A stretch of DNA of 64,000 bases, taken from positions 214,396,001-214,460,000 of the forward strand of contig OZ024742.1 of the NCBI GenBank assembly GCA_964016885.1, in the 5' to 3' direction. Below are positions 11,960 through 26,546 of the stretch, piece after piece (positions within the stretch are counted from its first letter, which is position 1; the number at the start of each line of letters is the position of its first letter). The notes under the pieces are model-generated. The model did not search any database. It was not told the origin of the DNA and saw nothing but the letters and a program-made list of their open reading frames with translations. The translations under genes and the position numbers were made by a program. The stretch is from Eledone cirrhosa (taxonomy: Eukaryota).

Positions 11960-14900
11960 GGAGAGAGGCAGACAGAGAGAGAGGGAGGATAATGATATAA
12001 AAACTGTATGGAAACACATTGCGTCAAAGGTTATTGACAGCTTTTTGACATACTTGCTTTTCTGAAGGCATATGTACAGAAACATTTAATTAATATCGTT
12101 TTACCGGGAACTTGCTGTTGCACCACTCGTTTTCTTGCAAATTCTCCCACATAAAAATAATGCTCACGTGATTTTAATAAAAACGTTTAACATTTATAAA
12201 ATTATTCATTTCTGTTCCTAGTAAAAAATATATCAATTTTTTAATTTGAAATGATTATCATCCCCAAAATAGCGAGAAATGTGTGCGTTACTGTGTATTC
12301 GTTTAAACTAGAGTGTGTGAGTGCACTTGCATCGACAGTATGATAGTGTGTCTCTAATTCCTAGATTGGCGTAAATAATGACTTTAATTTATAGATTTAA
12401 TGATATTATTAGATCAACGTTATATGTTTTGCAGATGACCAAATACATGTAATGGAAAATAGTTTCCTGATTAAAATACTGTCCACAGACATGTCGAACA
12501 ACAATTAAATTATAATTGAGAGGGCAACTTACAATACTGCATTTTGTTTCTGGTGATTTTAATTTGTTATTCAATTACTTCTATAATCATCTTTTCTCGG
12601 GCAGTAGCAACCGGTTTTGAAATGCAGTCAAGTGAGTGAAATATGTCGAACTGTATTGTTTTGTTAATAGTGATTTATATCTCCTACAATCATACCGATG
12701 TTAGACAAACATTGCACTCCATGTCTCAATGCACTATCGCTCATAGCACAATGGTTCATATTTGTTGTGGTTTGTCTTTATAATGCCTACCTAAGAGTAA
12801 TGAAAGAAATAATTAGAAATTATTAATTACATAATCGGTAGATTATGAATAGATATCTGCAGCATTACGTTACACCATTTTAAACCCAAGTTTAATCCGG
12901 TCCTGGGAGATGTTGCCTTACGTCCTTCTGGATGTCATCTAATGAAATATTTGTCAAGTACAAGTGTCCCTACATTGGGCTGTTTTTCCAGTCAAGAAAT
13001 GCTGGCCTTGCGTATGTATGAGAAATCGTTATCATCTTACCATCAGTGTTGTGCTACGGACCTGTGTTCTGAGATCAAATCCTTTCATAATTACTGTTTA
13101 CATAATATTACAGGATTAAATATTGATGTTCAGCAAATTGAATCCCAAATATTTACCACTGTATACAAGTGCGAAATCTTATTACTTCCGAATTTATTGT
13201 ATGGAACAATCAGAAATTAATATCGGTAAAAACCATTCATGTGGATCTTATTAGCAAAACAGTTAAAATACGTGTATGTTTGACAGTAAAACAGAACATT
13301 ACACGATAAATGAGTGAGCATGGAACTGAACAGTCTTATATAAGTTACTATGTTTGATAAATAAAGAGAACACACCAAATCCACTATTTAGTTCGAATGC
13401 TTGAGATTTGAAAATTGAAATAAATGTATATATCGATGTTGTAAGTGGAATCTATCGTTATCTTCCAACTGATTCGTGTTAGAACTCTTCTTTCAAATTG
13501 TTTCGGAAAATCAAACGGTTCAGACCTTATATTTTAGACTGGGTGTCGTTTATAGTTAAGTGGTAACATTTCTCCCTTAATAAACAAGACTTCACTGAAG
13601 ATACTCCACGGAAAAATTATGTGGAGCATTTTCTGAGATTGAAATCATTGTCGACCCATGTTAAGTATCAATGAGTTCATATTCTTTCTCTATGTTTTTA
13701 TTGAAATCCATATCATTTAATATCTGTTGTTTTCTATTGACCATGTGTCAGTTTGTTGTTACTTTTGCGTTATGTCCATAAAATTCAAACACACCTATCG
13801 ACTACTGTATCTAGCTAGTTATAAATAGATACCATTTGATGGCATTATAAAAAAGACCGCAGCAGGACACTTTAATTGGGGCCCAAGTTTGTCGACCTCC
13901 TCGCGGTGAGCCCTGGAAACTGATCACTGATCTCTGATATCGACTAAACAAACGACAAAGCCCTGAGACAGCAACAGTCTCATACGCAAGAAGACAAAAA
14001 ACGTTTAATTGGTTAAATTTTATAAAGATTTTAGTGATGTATCTATACCTATTTAAGGAAAATTCTTTGAAAATAGTTGAATTCCGGTGAGTCGACTTTC
14101 CATCGTATATACGCTATCAATATTTCCGCTGTACCCAAAGGTATGAAGTGGATCTTCAAACGTGAAATACCTAATTATTGTAATACATCCATATTATGAA
14201 AACATACTATTCCTTCTTTAAGGTAGTTATATATATATATATGGTAAGTGTTACTATTGATTATTGCTGCACTTATTTGGAGCGGACGTGTATTCAAAGT
14301 TACATATATTTGTGTGTTAGATTTGATGAAACTGGGATATCCATGTAAGTATTGAGTCAAACCATAAATCACTGATTCTAAGATAAATATATGACGGCAT
14401 GTCGTGAGTTCTATAGAAACACTTTAGTGGTCATATATCACCATCATAAAATACTTAAGGGATAAATTAAGCAACCATAATTTAAAATCGACAGCGGATT
14501 TCGATTATCTGAGAGTGAGTTAGAAATAAACGACGATGGGGAAATAGCCGTATCTTATTTTATGTTTTGAAATCGATGGGAAATGAAACACAGAATGTCT
14601 TTTCATCCCTTTATAATATCAATCACCACTGAAATCAAAATTGATAAGTTTGACTCGAGCTCAAATGAATATAAAATTAACAAAAATCACCTATTTTATT
14701 TCTTATAAATCGTTTCATATCGGATGCATAATGAATCTAATAAGTTTTTAAATTTGCATGTTTGGCTAGTCCCATAGAGCTACAATTGTGTTCTATTTCA
14801 AAGATGTTATTAACATATGAAGAAGCACTAACACAACATGGAAAACTCCGTTCACGGATGAATTGTGTTACAGGGTAATGAAATTCAAGTGCATAATGCA

Positions 14901-15475
14901 AGAGAATAACGTCACCAATTCAGCCAGAAAGAAAGAAGGACGCGCAAATTAAATGAAATAGCTGGACTGAGAATCAAATCTGAATCGCTCAACTGAATTC
15001 ATGATAGCCTGCTTTTATTCTACATCACATTTCCTAAGCTGATAATACGCTTTGAAAATATGTGACCGTCCTAGTATCTCAGCGTTCACAGACTAAACAT
15101 TAGTCCTTTCTAACCATTGTTTTCGGCTGCTTTCAAGTTGGCTGTTATCATACGGAAAAACGATAATCAGTTGACTGAATACCATGGGCGAGGTCAATTT
15201 TCTTTGAAGATAATCCAATTCGCACAGAGAAAACCGTATAACTTCTACAATCTCATACATACCTACATTAATTCCATGACTCGTTCTCTATCACTGGCAT
15301 TTTAATACATAGAACAAAGAATAGGAGATAAACCATTTACGTTTGTTTAAGTATTCACAGCCTAGGTATCTAGAAGCTGTAGTGTATAAAGAAAATACCA
15401 GTAATGTACTGAATGGTGCCATCTGCAATAACACTCCAACCGAAATCAAATAAAAATTACTCAAAACGTTAAAGA

Positions 15476-15664
15476 AATAATTGTTTCTACTTTGGGCACA
15501 AGGACAGCAATTAACCAGTGCATTACTGGTACTGTATTTTATCGACCTCATAAGGATGAAAGGCAAAGTTAACCTCGGCGGGATTTGAACTCAGAATGGC
15601 ATAGGCCGTAACTCTATGCGTCAAAGCATGGCTTCCGCCCCTCTACCGATACTGCCAATCCACC
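15476..15664 (-). mobile_element. tRNA-derived SINE
   Basis: Near-identical reverse complement of 10628-10816 and 29985-30179. Confidence 0.9.
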
Positions 15665-16055
15665 TTTAAGAAATAATGTTGAATAGCAGAGGAATCCGTA
15701 GAGCACATGGCGCATTTGATGTACCCATTCTAGTAATGGTAAATTAAGTGCCAATACTACATATACATCAATTAGATATAATGTAATCCATTATAAATCC
15801 AGTTTAACAAATAATTGTGTCATTGTAAAGCGCCAGATAGAATTACTAGTTTAACGTATGTTGTACTAGGTGATTGTAATGTACTGCTTGTTTTTATAAT
15901 GTGAGGCTAATATAAAAAATGGTTAATTCTAAGTTTTAAAACAACCTGCGGTAAATTACATTTGTAGGATTAGTTGGACCCCGAAAGAGAGGAATATTTG
16001 ATAAACTTAATCTAAGAATACTTCATAAATAAAGAAAATGAAATCGTCATCAACA

Positions 16056-16100
<45 letters not shown>

Positions 16101-17213
16101 TTCTTCTTCTTCTTCTTCTTCTTCTTCTTCTTCTTCTTCTTCTCCACTCCCTCCTCATCATCCTTCTTCTTCTTCCTCTTCTCCTACAGAATGAAAAAAA
16201 CTCTGTCGCAGTATAAAAATCTATTACCTACATCTGATAATTTAAGGTCATCATGTGACATGTCAGTATATTCTAATGTATTGCTGCCACTCCCACTCTT
16301 AGTATGCTAAAGATGTTTCTGATCACAACTGTGCTGTTTATTAATAATTTTACGATTAAACCTACGTGTATCTGAAATGAATATTTAATGAAGATATTTG
16401 CTTCTAACTTAGGCAAAATGCCATCATTTAAGCAAAACAGATACTGTCGAATCCGTATATGTATGGATAATATGTTGCCATACCAAACCTAAATGAATGA
16501 AAAACAGATGGTAATATATGAATTTAGTAAGGAGGGCAAATCATTGTATTTAGAACACTATCATTACCCCTAGCTTTACACCCTTGAACGTATTGACCAA
16601 ATTTATCTGTGCATCTGGAAAATGTAATCTGACAAACATTAATAGAGGAGTTCAACTCGCCACATCCTTCTGCCAAGAAGTTATTGTTGGATTATAATCT
16701 GCAAACTATTAGTTATATTCGACAAGGCAAAATGCCAAAGTTTTTGAAATGATACTATAGAATAATAATTATTATTAGTGGTACACGATTTTTCGATTGC
16801 GGGAGAAAGAAGAAAAATGTTATATCGTCACAATGATAAATATATTGAGAAAGAGGGTCGCATATATAAATATCCATTTCTACTGCGATGAAGATAATTT
16901 ATTATGCCACCCTTTTCCGAATTTAAAAGTTTGTGTCAGTAGGAGAAAACAATAATCAATGATAGAAACTACTAAATTTTTCTCTGAAATAAATGCAGAT
17001 GAGTAACTATCATATAACTGGCACAAGATGGACTTGCTTCCAAGGAAATCTAATGATAGTCAGAATTATTTATGTATATAAAAAAAAAATCTCTGTGTCT
17101 GTGCCTGTCAAGTGTTACTGTTCTGCTGATATGTCAGTCACAAGATCATACGTAACATTTGGCATTATATTCAAATAAGAAATTCGTCTGTCAGAATGTC
17201 TATCTCATTCTCC

Positions 17214-17259
<46 letters not shown>

Positions 17260-17304
17260 GCGCACGCGCACACACACACACACACACACAGATACACACA
17301 CACT

Positions 17305-17355
<51 letters not shown>

Positions 17356-17432
17356 GCATGTGTAAGTGTGCGTCTTGTATATAATATATCTATAAATATA
17401 TATCAGATGCACACACGTACAAACATATTATG

Positions 17433-17477
<45 letters not shown>

Positions 17478-17504
17478 ACAGACATATATATATATATATA
17501 TATA

Positions 17505-17721
17505 TATTAAAATAACAAATTAAAGTTTAAGCAAAGAACCGCTGCTTTCAGCATTAACGGGATGTTCAGAACTTCTTCAGAAGACCCCATTAAGGTTGAA
17601 AGCAGCGATTCTTTACTTAAACTTTAATCTGTTATTTTAATAAATATTTGCTCTAGGGTTCTTATATATTTGATATATATTTATCCTTATCGAGCCCTCT
17701 TTGGATTTTAGTCTTTACATT

Positions 17722-17722
<1 letters not shown>
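17505..17722. mobile_element. Family A pLTR fragments in inverted arrangement between (TA)n tracts
   Basis: 17505-17570 is an inverted copy of 17578-17643; both contain a decayed family A hammerhead. Confidence 0.75.
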
Positions 17723-17775
<53 letters not shown>

Positions 17776-17869
17776 TGTATATATAAGTGGGTCTGTTCCC
17801 TCCGATGTATATTTATTAAAATAAAGTTCAAGTCAACAGGTTTTAATTCACTTCATATATTCATAATCA

Positions 17870-17926
17870 CTGTTACTTATATTTGAGTGATAACTATTAT
17901 GCAACTGTTATGACCTCATCAGACAA
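17870..17926 (-). ncRNA. Decayed hammerhead ribozyme (family D) in a pLTR remnant ending at (TA)n 17725-17773
   Basis: Reverse complement: ttgt CTGATGA ggtcataac...gttatcactc (G missing)AAA tataag TA acag; downstream AATAAA. Confidence 0.5.
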
Positions 17927-18109
17927 CTAGAAGTTGAACAGAAAAAAAAAGCAGAAAAAAGATTAAGAAGAAATAAAGCCTCTCTCTGTTGTGTCGATTC
18001 ATTGATATACTCCAGGCTGATATTTGGAGCTTTGAGAGACCAGAGTAGTTACACTTTAGACTATATTATCCGAGTTTCATTAAAGTGGAGTCATTATTAT
18101 CGAATATTA

Positions 18110-18295
18110 ATTGGCAGTATTGGTAGAGAGTCGGACGCCATGCTTTCCAGCCTAGATATGTTCCTTTATGGCCAGAGTTCAAATCCCACCGAGGTTAACT
18201 TTGCCTTTCATCCTTACGGGATCGATAAAATAAAGTACCAGAAATGTACTGAGATAATTTCTGGCCTTGTGTCAAAAGTAGAAACAATTATTATT
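18110..18295 (+). mobile_element. tRNA-derived SINE
   Basis: A/B boxes, central domain and tail as in the other copies. Confidence 0.9.
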
Positions 18296-19029
18296 ATTTA
18301 TTGGAAATATCATGACTGCATTTACGTATCCGCTATGGTAGAGCGAAAAAGGAAATTCTAATTTTTTTTTTTATTTTAGCAAAGCCAGCCGTAAAATCTC
18401 TCGGTATACAAATTACGCTAATCAGCCGATGTATAATTTAGATAATACCATGTATTCTCAAGAGTTCTAGAGAATGCCAAGAGAGAGAGATATACACTCT
18501 TGACAAAGGGCAATAATCCAAACAAAACGATTGTGATGGTCATCTAAAAAACATAGCGCAATGAGGCTGTTTGCTTGAAAACGAATCTAAAATTATTATT
18601 ATTCGATATAAAACTCACAAATGCATTTACTCCGTTACTGTTGTGGTTTTTGAACTGTTTGCTTATCTCTTGGTATCCTGTCTACATCATCGGAATAACT
18701 TCCGATGATTTGATTAGGCATACATTGTATTTAAGATTGAGTTACACAACTTCAAATGATTAGTAATCTTTAGACACCCTAATCAATGGAACAATTGTTA
18801 ATACTGTAAATAAAACCCATTTTGTACTGTTGACCATGTTATTCTTCACTCTTTCACTCTTATTACTCCAAGATTAACCTGCATAGGCATACCCGGGAAC
18901 TCGCCACCAAACTAAGGAAACCTCTTGTTGAGTCAAACAACACTGTACGTTAAAACTATCCACAATACAGAGTTCTCACAACTTCTAACTTGATTACCTA
19001 TAACGATAATTTGTTATCCCATATATATG

Positions 19030-19090
<61 letters not shown>

Positions 19091-19166
19091 CGAAAGATAT
19101 ATAGTAAGGAACCAGGCAGAAATAGCCGTGGAAAAGGCTAGAGCTCTGCCATCGGGGTCTTCAACA

Positions 19167-19301
<135 letters not shown>

Positions 19302-19530
19302 CATACATATATATATATATAATGTGTGCGGTGCTGAGACATGGGAGACCACAAATTAAGGGAGTACGCTATTCTTGGGAAGAAGCAGAGTTATTGTAGA
19401 GGTAGGTAATAACGTACACTTGACACCGAGCTGTTTTGGCTTGTATTCGGCAAGCCTTTCCAAGCTACACCCTTGAAAATAGATCAAATTGCAGCAAAAG
19501 ATATTACTTTGCTCTTGCTCTCTATATATA

Positions 19531-19665
<135 letters not shown>

Positions 19666-19989
19666 TGGCAGCCAACTCGTTTTCGAGTACGTCTACTACT
19701 TTACATCCATGTAGTAGAACCCCTACCGATGCGCTGAACGAGTGTGACGTTTTAGTCCAGCCAGCGACTTGAAAACTCTGGTACAAACACTACACTTGTG
19801 ACAATTATTGACACATAGTGCTGGGCCCATGGTACTATGTGACGACAAGTGTAGGGAGATCTCCAGATATAAAGCAATGCCTGTGCCGTGAAGCTTTTAT
19901 AGTGAGCAAAGGCACTGCACAAAGCCAGTCCCACTCTCTTAACCAAGATGATATTTACCAACAAGAAGAACAAGTCAACATTATTGGAT

Positions 19990-20235
19990 ACCATCAGGGT
20001 TGCAGGTGTTATATCAGAGTTTTCCTTCTCCTAGAATTCTGCCTTGACAAAGGCTAAGGGGTCATCTCTCCCGGTGATTTTGGATGGCCATTGACTCCCA
20101 AGAGCTCCTTTGCCCTTTGACAGGTTTTGTTTTTAGTCCTGCAGGATGTCCAAAGTCACCCTCCTCACCAAGAAACCTTGGTGGGGTTGCCAGTTTAGTC
20201 GCCAACGACCCGACCATGAGACAGGTTGTACTGGG

Positions 20236-20238
<3 letters not shown>
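19990..20238 (-). mobile_element. Probable RTE 5' UTR-derived repeat (second copy at 23870-24030)
   Basis: ~150 bp shared at high identity between the two loci; ctaggagaaggaaaactctgat motif. Confidence 0.55.
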
Positions 20239-20278
<40 letters not shown>

Positions 20279-20706
20279 GACACACACACGCACACGCGCA
20301 CACAGACACACACACACACACACACATACACACACGCTCACACACACATATACATATATATATATACACAAAAAAAAAGCCGGCATAACATGTAATCTAC
20401 TTAAATATTAATAGAACTAAACGAAAAGTCCAATATTAAATTTTATATAGTTTTTCTTTCATGAAATAAGTTTGGTCCTTTAATTATAAACCATGCAATG
20501 TACAGAGGGCTCCCGGAATATCGTCGCACATTGTGAACATCCCGTGTATAAACGTTATTTAATCACCTATGACTTTAGTTGCAATATCAAAACCGAATCA
20601 CTCAAGTTTATTTGTCAGTTTCAATTGACTTCGTTTAAAAGATTCTTTCTAAATGTGATTGTCATTTTAATTCTTCTGACGTTTACATAATTTCCACCAT
20701 TATCAC

Positions 20707-20895
20707 GCTGTGAATTGGCAGAATCGGAAGCTGGTTGGACACTATGCTTTTCAGCATAGAGTTATGGCCCTTTTCCTTCTGAGTTCAAATCCCACCGAGG
20801 TTAACTTTGCTTTTCATCCTTACGGGGTAGATGAAACAAAGTACCAGTAATGCACTGGATAATTGCTTGTCTTGTGCCAAAAGTAGAAACAATTA
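20707..20895 (+). mobile_element. tRNA-derived SINE
   Basis: A/B boxes, central domain, tail. Confidence 0.9.
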
Positions 20896-22214
20896 ATCGC
20901 ATTACCTAAGAAGTCTACATTTAGGGTTGTCTTGGTGTGCAAGCTTATACCTTATGCTCTCCGGCCCCATTAACATATATATTAAATCGTATTTAGAGTA
21001 ATTCTATTTTGCACCAATTAAACGAAATTTTGCTTATACGAAAGTGAGACATTAATTAATAGGCATCAATTAATTTTTCCAATGAGAGTTAATGAATTTC
21101 TTGAGGAAATCACTTTATGATTAATGCCTTATTTTAAGTAACGTTTAATGAACTTGATAAGATATGTTGATATTATCCATTTTGAAGTTCTACCATAATG
21201 TCAGATTTTTTTTCTTTACATTGACATTTTATGTCTTATGAATTTTATGGAACTCATTACATTTACATCAAATTTCATGTCTGAAATAAGTAGAAAGCAG
21301 CTAGACAATGTGGCTACTTCAGGGAAATTTACAAAAGCCAAATAATAAAAAAATTGTTAGACTTATTGTGTGAGTAGTTTGACCAGAGTGAAGATCTACA
21401 CTAGATAAAATGTAAATATTTTGACGAAAAGGCCGATCTTTCGGAAAGTATTTTGTGTTAATTTTCTTTATCACATTCTCTTTCATAGTCTGTGAATAAC
21501 AATGGTACACATATAAGTAAATACTATTACACATACATTTTTATAGTCGATGGCAAGATTAAGTTATTAAGAAGGAGGCTAGCATGTATAGCAAAACAAA
21601 ATGAGGCATTTGAGAATCTATCTTAGTCATTTGATATTGCTAAATCAATAAGTGATATCGATTAAAGCCATTATCATATTAGATAGCCATCAATAATAAT
21701 ATGGCATTGTTTTGTTCTTGTAAAATATTTTCGTCCAAATGATTTTATAATAGTAAAATGTAGCCAAAACTTTAAAAGTCAAAATTCTGAATTGGCTAAT
21801 TAATCTTGAAACGGTAGACATATACAGTTTAAACTTTTCAAAAATTATTTGGTAAGTGCTTGGATTTTAATTCTCGGCTACCAGACACATATCACAAAAA
21901 TATTTATACATAAGCAGACGCACAGACAGACAAAGATATAAATATATTTTTTTTCTATTTTCTGTGATTGTGTTATAAATGTAGCCACACTAGTCAACGC
22001 TATATTTGGCCTTCAGTTGTCATCAGTTAGTTTGCTAAATATTAATTTCCGGCGTAATCCTTATAAATTCATCGCACTCGAAAAAGAAAATCTAGTTGTT
22101 AAACATTCTTCTTCTTCTTCTTCTTCTTCTTCTTCTTCTTCTTCTTCTTCTTCTTCTTCTTCTTCTTCTTCTTCTTCTTCTAATTTCTACTGCTTTTAAT
22201 TATTCCACAAACAC

Positions 22215-23100
22215 ACCTTTCAGCTGGTCCCTTCAGAAGCAACCGCAACTGATCCGACTGGATCCTCAAGCGAGACAAGACGAGTTCATGGAAGTTACCC
22301 TAACATCATTCTCGATGTATACCCCCGAGTCTTCTGCCAGTTGGTTTTGCCCATAAAATCTGTCCAATGATTCTTTCCAAAGATATTCTGACCATAGTAT
22401 CAAAGCTGTTACAGTGACATACTGATCTCCGAACGACGCATTCTATCGTCTAACGTTACTCTAACGACCCTTTAAAGGAACCCCATTTTGGTCGCTTGTT
22501 TTCACGATCGTATACTTTCTGTAGCTACAAAAGAGTCATGACCATGGGTAAACGCTTGAATGAATACCGAATTAAAGATAATAAGTGCATCATTTCCACC
22601 TACCTTCCCTTTTTCTGCTTGCCAAATGGTGAAGCTAGCCCACTACTGCATCATGTCCTGTAATTCAGGCCCAAAATTCAACCTCCCATCATCTTTCACT
22701 CACGAGCACAACTCCGAGATACTTGAACTTCTCCTTCTTCAGTGGAACTCAATTCACATTTAGAGTGCACTGGGCGAGCTTTCTTGAGAAGACGATTGTC
22801 TCAATCAGCATCAAATCTATGAAGTGCATATCGGAATTTTGCTTTTAACTAGGTATGTAATATGTTGTCTCCAACTTCCAGCCGACAGATCCTACACCTG
22901 CCAGTCGTGATACCACTGCCAACTCGGCTGCGCATGTAAATCCTGTTCATAAAAATAATGAACAGGAGCGGTGAAGGGCCAATTCCTATATTGAATGGTT
23001 TCGATTTAGTACCATTTATCCGAACACATATAGTACAGCATTCGCATAGAGACATCAGGGTCTTAAGAAGCTGACTATTGATCCCATACTTCTTTAGAGT
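22215..23100 (-). mobile_element. RTE LINE RT/3' fragment (decayed) next to a (GAA)n tract
   Basis: Encodes YGINSQLLKTLMSL...CVRINGTKSKPFNIGIG..SPLLFIIFM (RT motif B region); (TTC)n at 22107-22181. Confidence 0.75.
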
Positions 23101-23362
23101 TATATATATCTCCCTCTCTTCCACTCTATCTATCTATATTTCTCTAACAATCTATTTATATATCTATTCATATATCTTTCATTCATTATTCTTTTCGCTT
23201 CTGTATTGATGACATTGCAAACATAATGCAAACATTTCAAATCTTTGCTATTTATACACTTCTAAGCCCACACACATCAACGCACTCACATATATGACTA
23301 CACATACATACACAAATAAATAAACGAATATATTCACTTATACATGTATATATATATATATA

Positions 23363-23411
<49 letters not shown>

Positions 23412-23412
23412 A

Positions 23413-23828
23413 TAATAAATTTGAAGACTAAAATCCAAAGATGGCTCGATAAGGATAAATATATATCAAATATATAAGAACCGTAGAGCAAATATTTATT
23501 AAAATAACAGATTAAAGTTTAAGCAAATAATCGCTGCTTTCACCCTTAACGGGATCTTCTGAAACTAACAAAGTCAATCTGTAAACGAAGAAGTGGATAT
23601 TTCAAAAAATGTTGCAACCAGAGGAAGACAGGAAGACGATACTTTGGTTCGTGGAAACGTTCCCTGGCAAAGAGCGGGAAAAAATACGTCATTAATAGGA
23701 GCGGTGATTGCAACGTTTTTCGAAATATCGACTTCTGCGTTTACAAACTAATAAAGTTTCAGAAGATCCCGTTAAGGGTGAAAGCAGTGATTCTTTGCTT
23801 AAACTTTAATCTGTTATTTTAATAAATA
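23413..23828. mobile_element. Family A pLTR pair in inverted orientation between (TA)n tracts
   Basis: Hammerhead-like folds at 23516-23566 (-) and 23752-23808 (+); the latter has an 8-bp stem I (taaagttt/aaacttta). Confidence 0.8.
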
Positions 23829-24057
23829 TATATATATATTATCTGATGAACGAGTCGGACGTTTCTGTAATGATCGCCATTGACTCTTAAGAGCTCCTTT
23901 TCCATATGACAGGTGTTGTTTTTAGTCCTGCAGGATGTCCAAAGTCACCCTCCTCACCAAGAAACCTTGGTGAGGTTGCCAGTTCAGTCGCCAAGACCCG
24001 AACATGTGACAGGTTGTACTGGGATACATCATACCAGTAGCACCAACTGGTGACCTG

Positions 24058-24107
<50 letters not shown>

Positions 24108-24109
24108 CA

Positions 24110-24640
<531 letters not shown>

Positions 24641-24645
24641 ATATA

Positions 24646-25199
24646 TATCCTAAACCGACGGTAGTCGGTTTAGTAATATTGTTGTCTTAGTGATTTCGTT
24701 GGCAATCGTCTCTTTACAGCATTATTAGAATGTCTTCCGATTATCAAAATCACATGAAAGTTATATGAGCATGGAGAGTAAATCATTGCACATCTCTTAA
24801 GCTAAAAATCTCGAAATTTCGTTCAGCACAAAAAAAGTTATGATCAAAGTTTGCTGAAAAAAACTGTGTTCAAGTGAGTAAGTGAGTGAGTAAGGGTGAC
24901 GCTCTGTGCATTTTCTCTTCTTCCGACTCCAATAATCCCCCTCCTCCTCCACTTGTTTTGTTCCTCTTTCTCCCCCCCCCCATCCCTCATCATCATTTTC
25001 TTCTTCTTCTTCTTCTTCTTCTTCTTCTTCTTCTTCTTCTTCTTCTTCGTGTAAATATCAAGAAATAAATGATTATTGTTGTTTTATTAAGAAATGTTTG
25101 GTTCTGGTGTTGGTATTATTAAATAAGTATGTATAATGTCTATGTATAAATGCATATAACCTTCATAAATATGATTATACTTGTATGTTTGTATGAACG

Positions 25200-25268
<69 letters not shown>

Positions 25269-25608
25269 TTTCGTACTCATTACGCATGTACGCAAATATG
25301 ATTTAAATACTTAAATTGTATAAATCGGAGATTACATCTGGTATCCTAAACCGACGGTAGTCGGTTTAGTAATATTGTTGTCTTAGTGATTTCGTTGGCA
25401 ATCGTCTCTTTACAGCATTATTAGAATGTCTTCCGATTATCAAAATCACATGAAAGTTATATGAGCATGGAGAGTAAATCATTGCACATCTCTTAAGCTA
25501 AAAATCTCGAAATTTCGTTCAGCACAAAAAAAGTTATGATCAAAGTTTGCTGAAAAAAACTGTGTTCAAGTGAGTAAGTGAGTGAGTAAGGGTGACGCTC
25601 TGTGCATT
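24646..25608 (+). repeat. ~265-bp direct repeat (24646-24912 and 25342-25608) starting with a 10-bp hairpin
   Basis: Near-identical copies; ctaaaccgac ggta gtcggtttag. Confidence 0.9.
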
Positions 25609-25647
25609 TGATGCATCTCTTGGGACCGGTCAGAGGAGGATAAGGGG

Positions 25648-26222
25648 TTATTCGGGGTGCGGCGCTTATTCGAACCCTCCCCCAGTGACTGCGATTATTC
25701 GGGGTGAGACGCTTATTCGAACCCCCCCCCCCCCCCCGCTTATTCGAACCCTCCCCCCAGTGACTGCGATTATTCGGGGTGCGGCGCTTATTCGAACCCT
25801 CCCCCCAGTGACTGCGGTTATTCGGGGTGCGGCGCTTATTCGAACCCTCCCCCCAGTGACTGCGATTATTCGGGGTGCGGCGCTTATTCGAACCCTCCCC
25901 CCAGTGACTGCGGTTATTCGGGGTGCGGCGCTTATTCGAACCCTCCCCCAGTGACTGCGATTATTCGGGGTGAGGCGCTTATTCGAACCCCCCCCCCCCC
26001 CCCCCCCCCACAGTGACTGCGGTTATTCGGGGTGCGGCGCTTATTCGAAACCCCCCCCCCCGACAGTGACTGCGATTATTCGGGGTGAGGCGCTTATTCG
26101 AACCCTCCCCCAGTGACTGCTGTTATTTGGGGTGAGGGTCTTATTCGAACCCCCCCTAGTGACTGCGGTTATTCGGGGTCCGGTGGTTATTTGAACCCCC
26201 CCCCCAGTGACTGCGGTTATTT
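25648..26222 (+). repeat. GC-rich 48-bp minisatellite, about 12 units
   Basis: Unit ttattcggggtgcggcgcttattcgaaccctccccccagtgactgcg(a/g) with variable C-run length. Confidence 0.95.
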
Positions 26223-26546
26223 TTTTGAATTTGAATTTTAAATGTTGATACAATGTGGCAGTAAACATTAATCATTGAGCTAATTAGGAGCTATTATGTT
26301 CTCCTATCTCGCGATAAGTGGTCACACGTTGCAAACTAGTTGAGGTTGTCTTCTATTTATATTCAAATGAGTAATCACTCACTGCATTGTTCTCTTTCAA
26401 AGCAGTCGCTGATTGATATACTAGAAATTCAGAAAATCATTTGGATTTGTACTAATAGTTGTGAATAGTTGTGCTATTTTTTGTACCGATAGGTGCGAGT
26501 AGTGAACTCATTTGCGATAGGTGCGAATAGTGTGCTCATTTGACAT

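Noticed and set aside
23843-23870. CTGATGA motif after a TA run
   Set aside because: No downstream GAAA or stems on the same strand
25648-26222. Regularly spaced repeats resembling a CRISPR array
   Set aside because: No unique spacers (units are contiguous near-identical 48-mers), no cas genes, eukaryotic context
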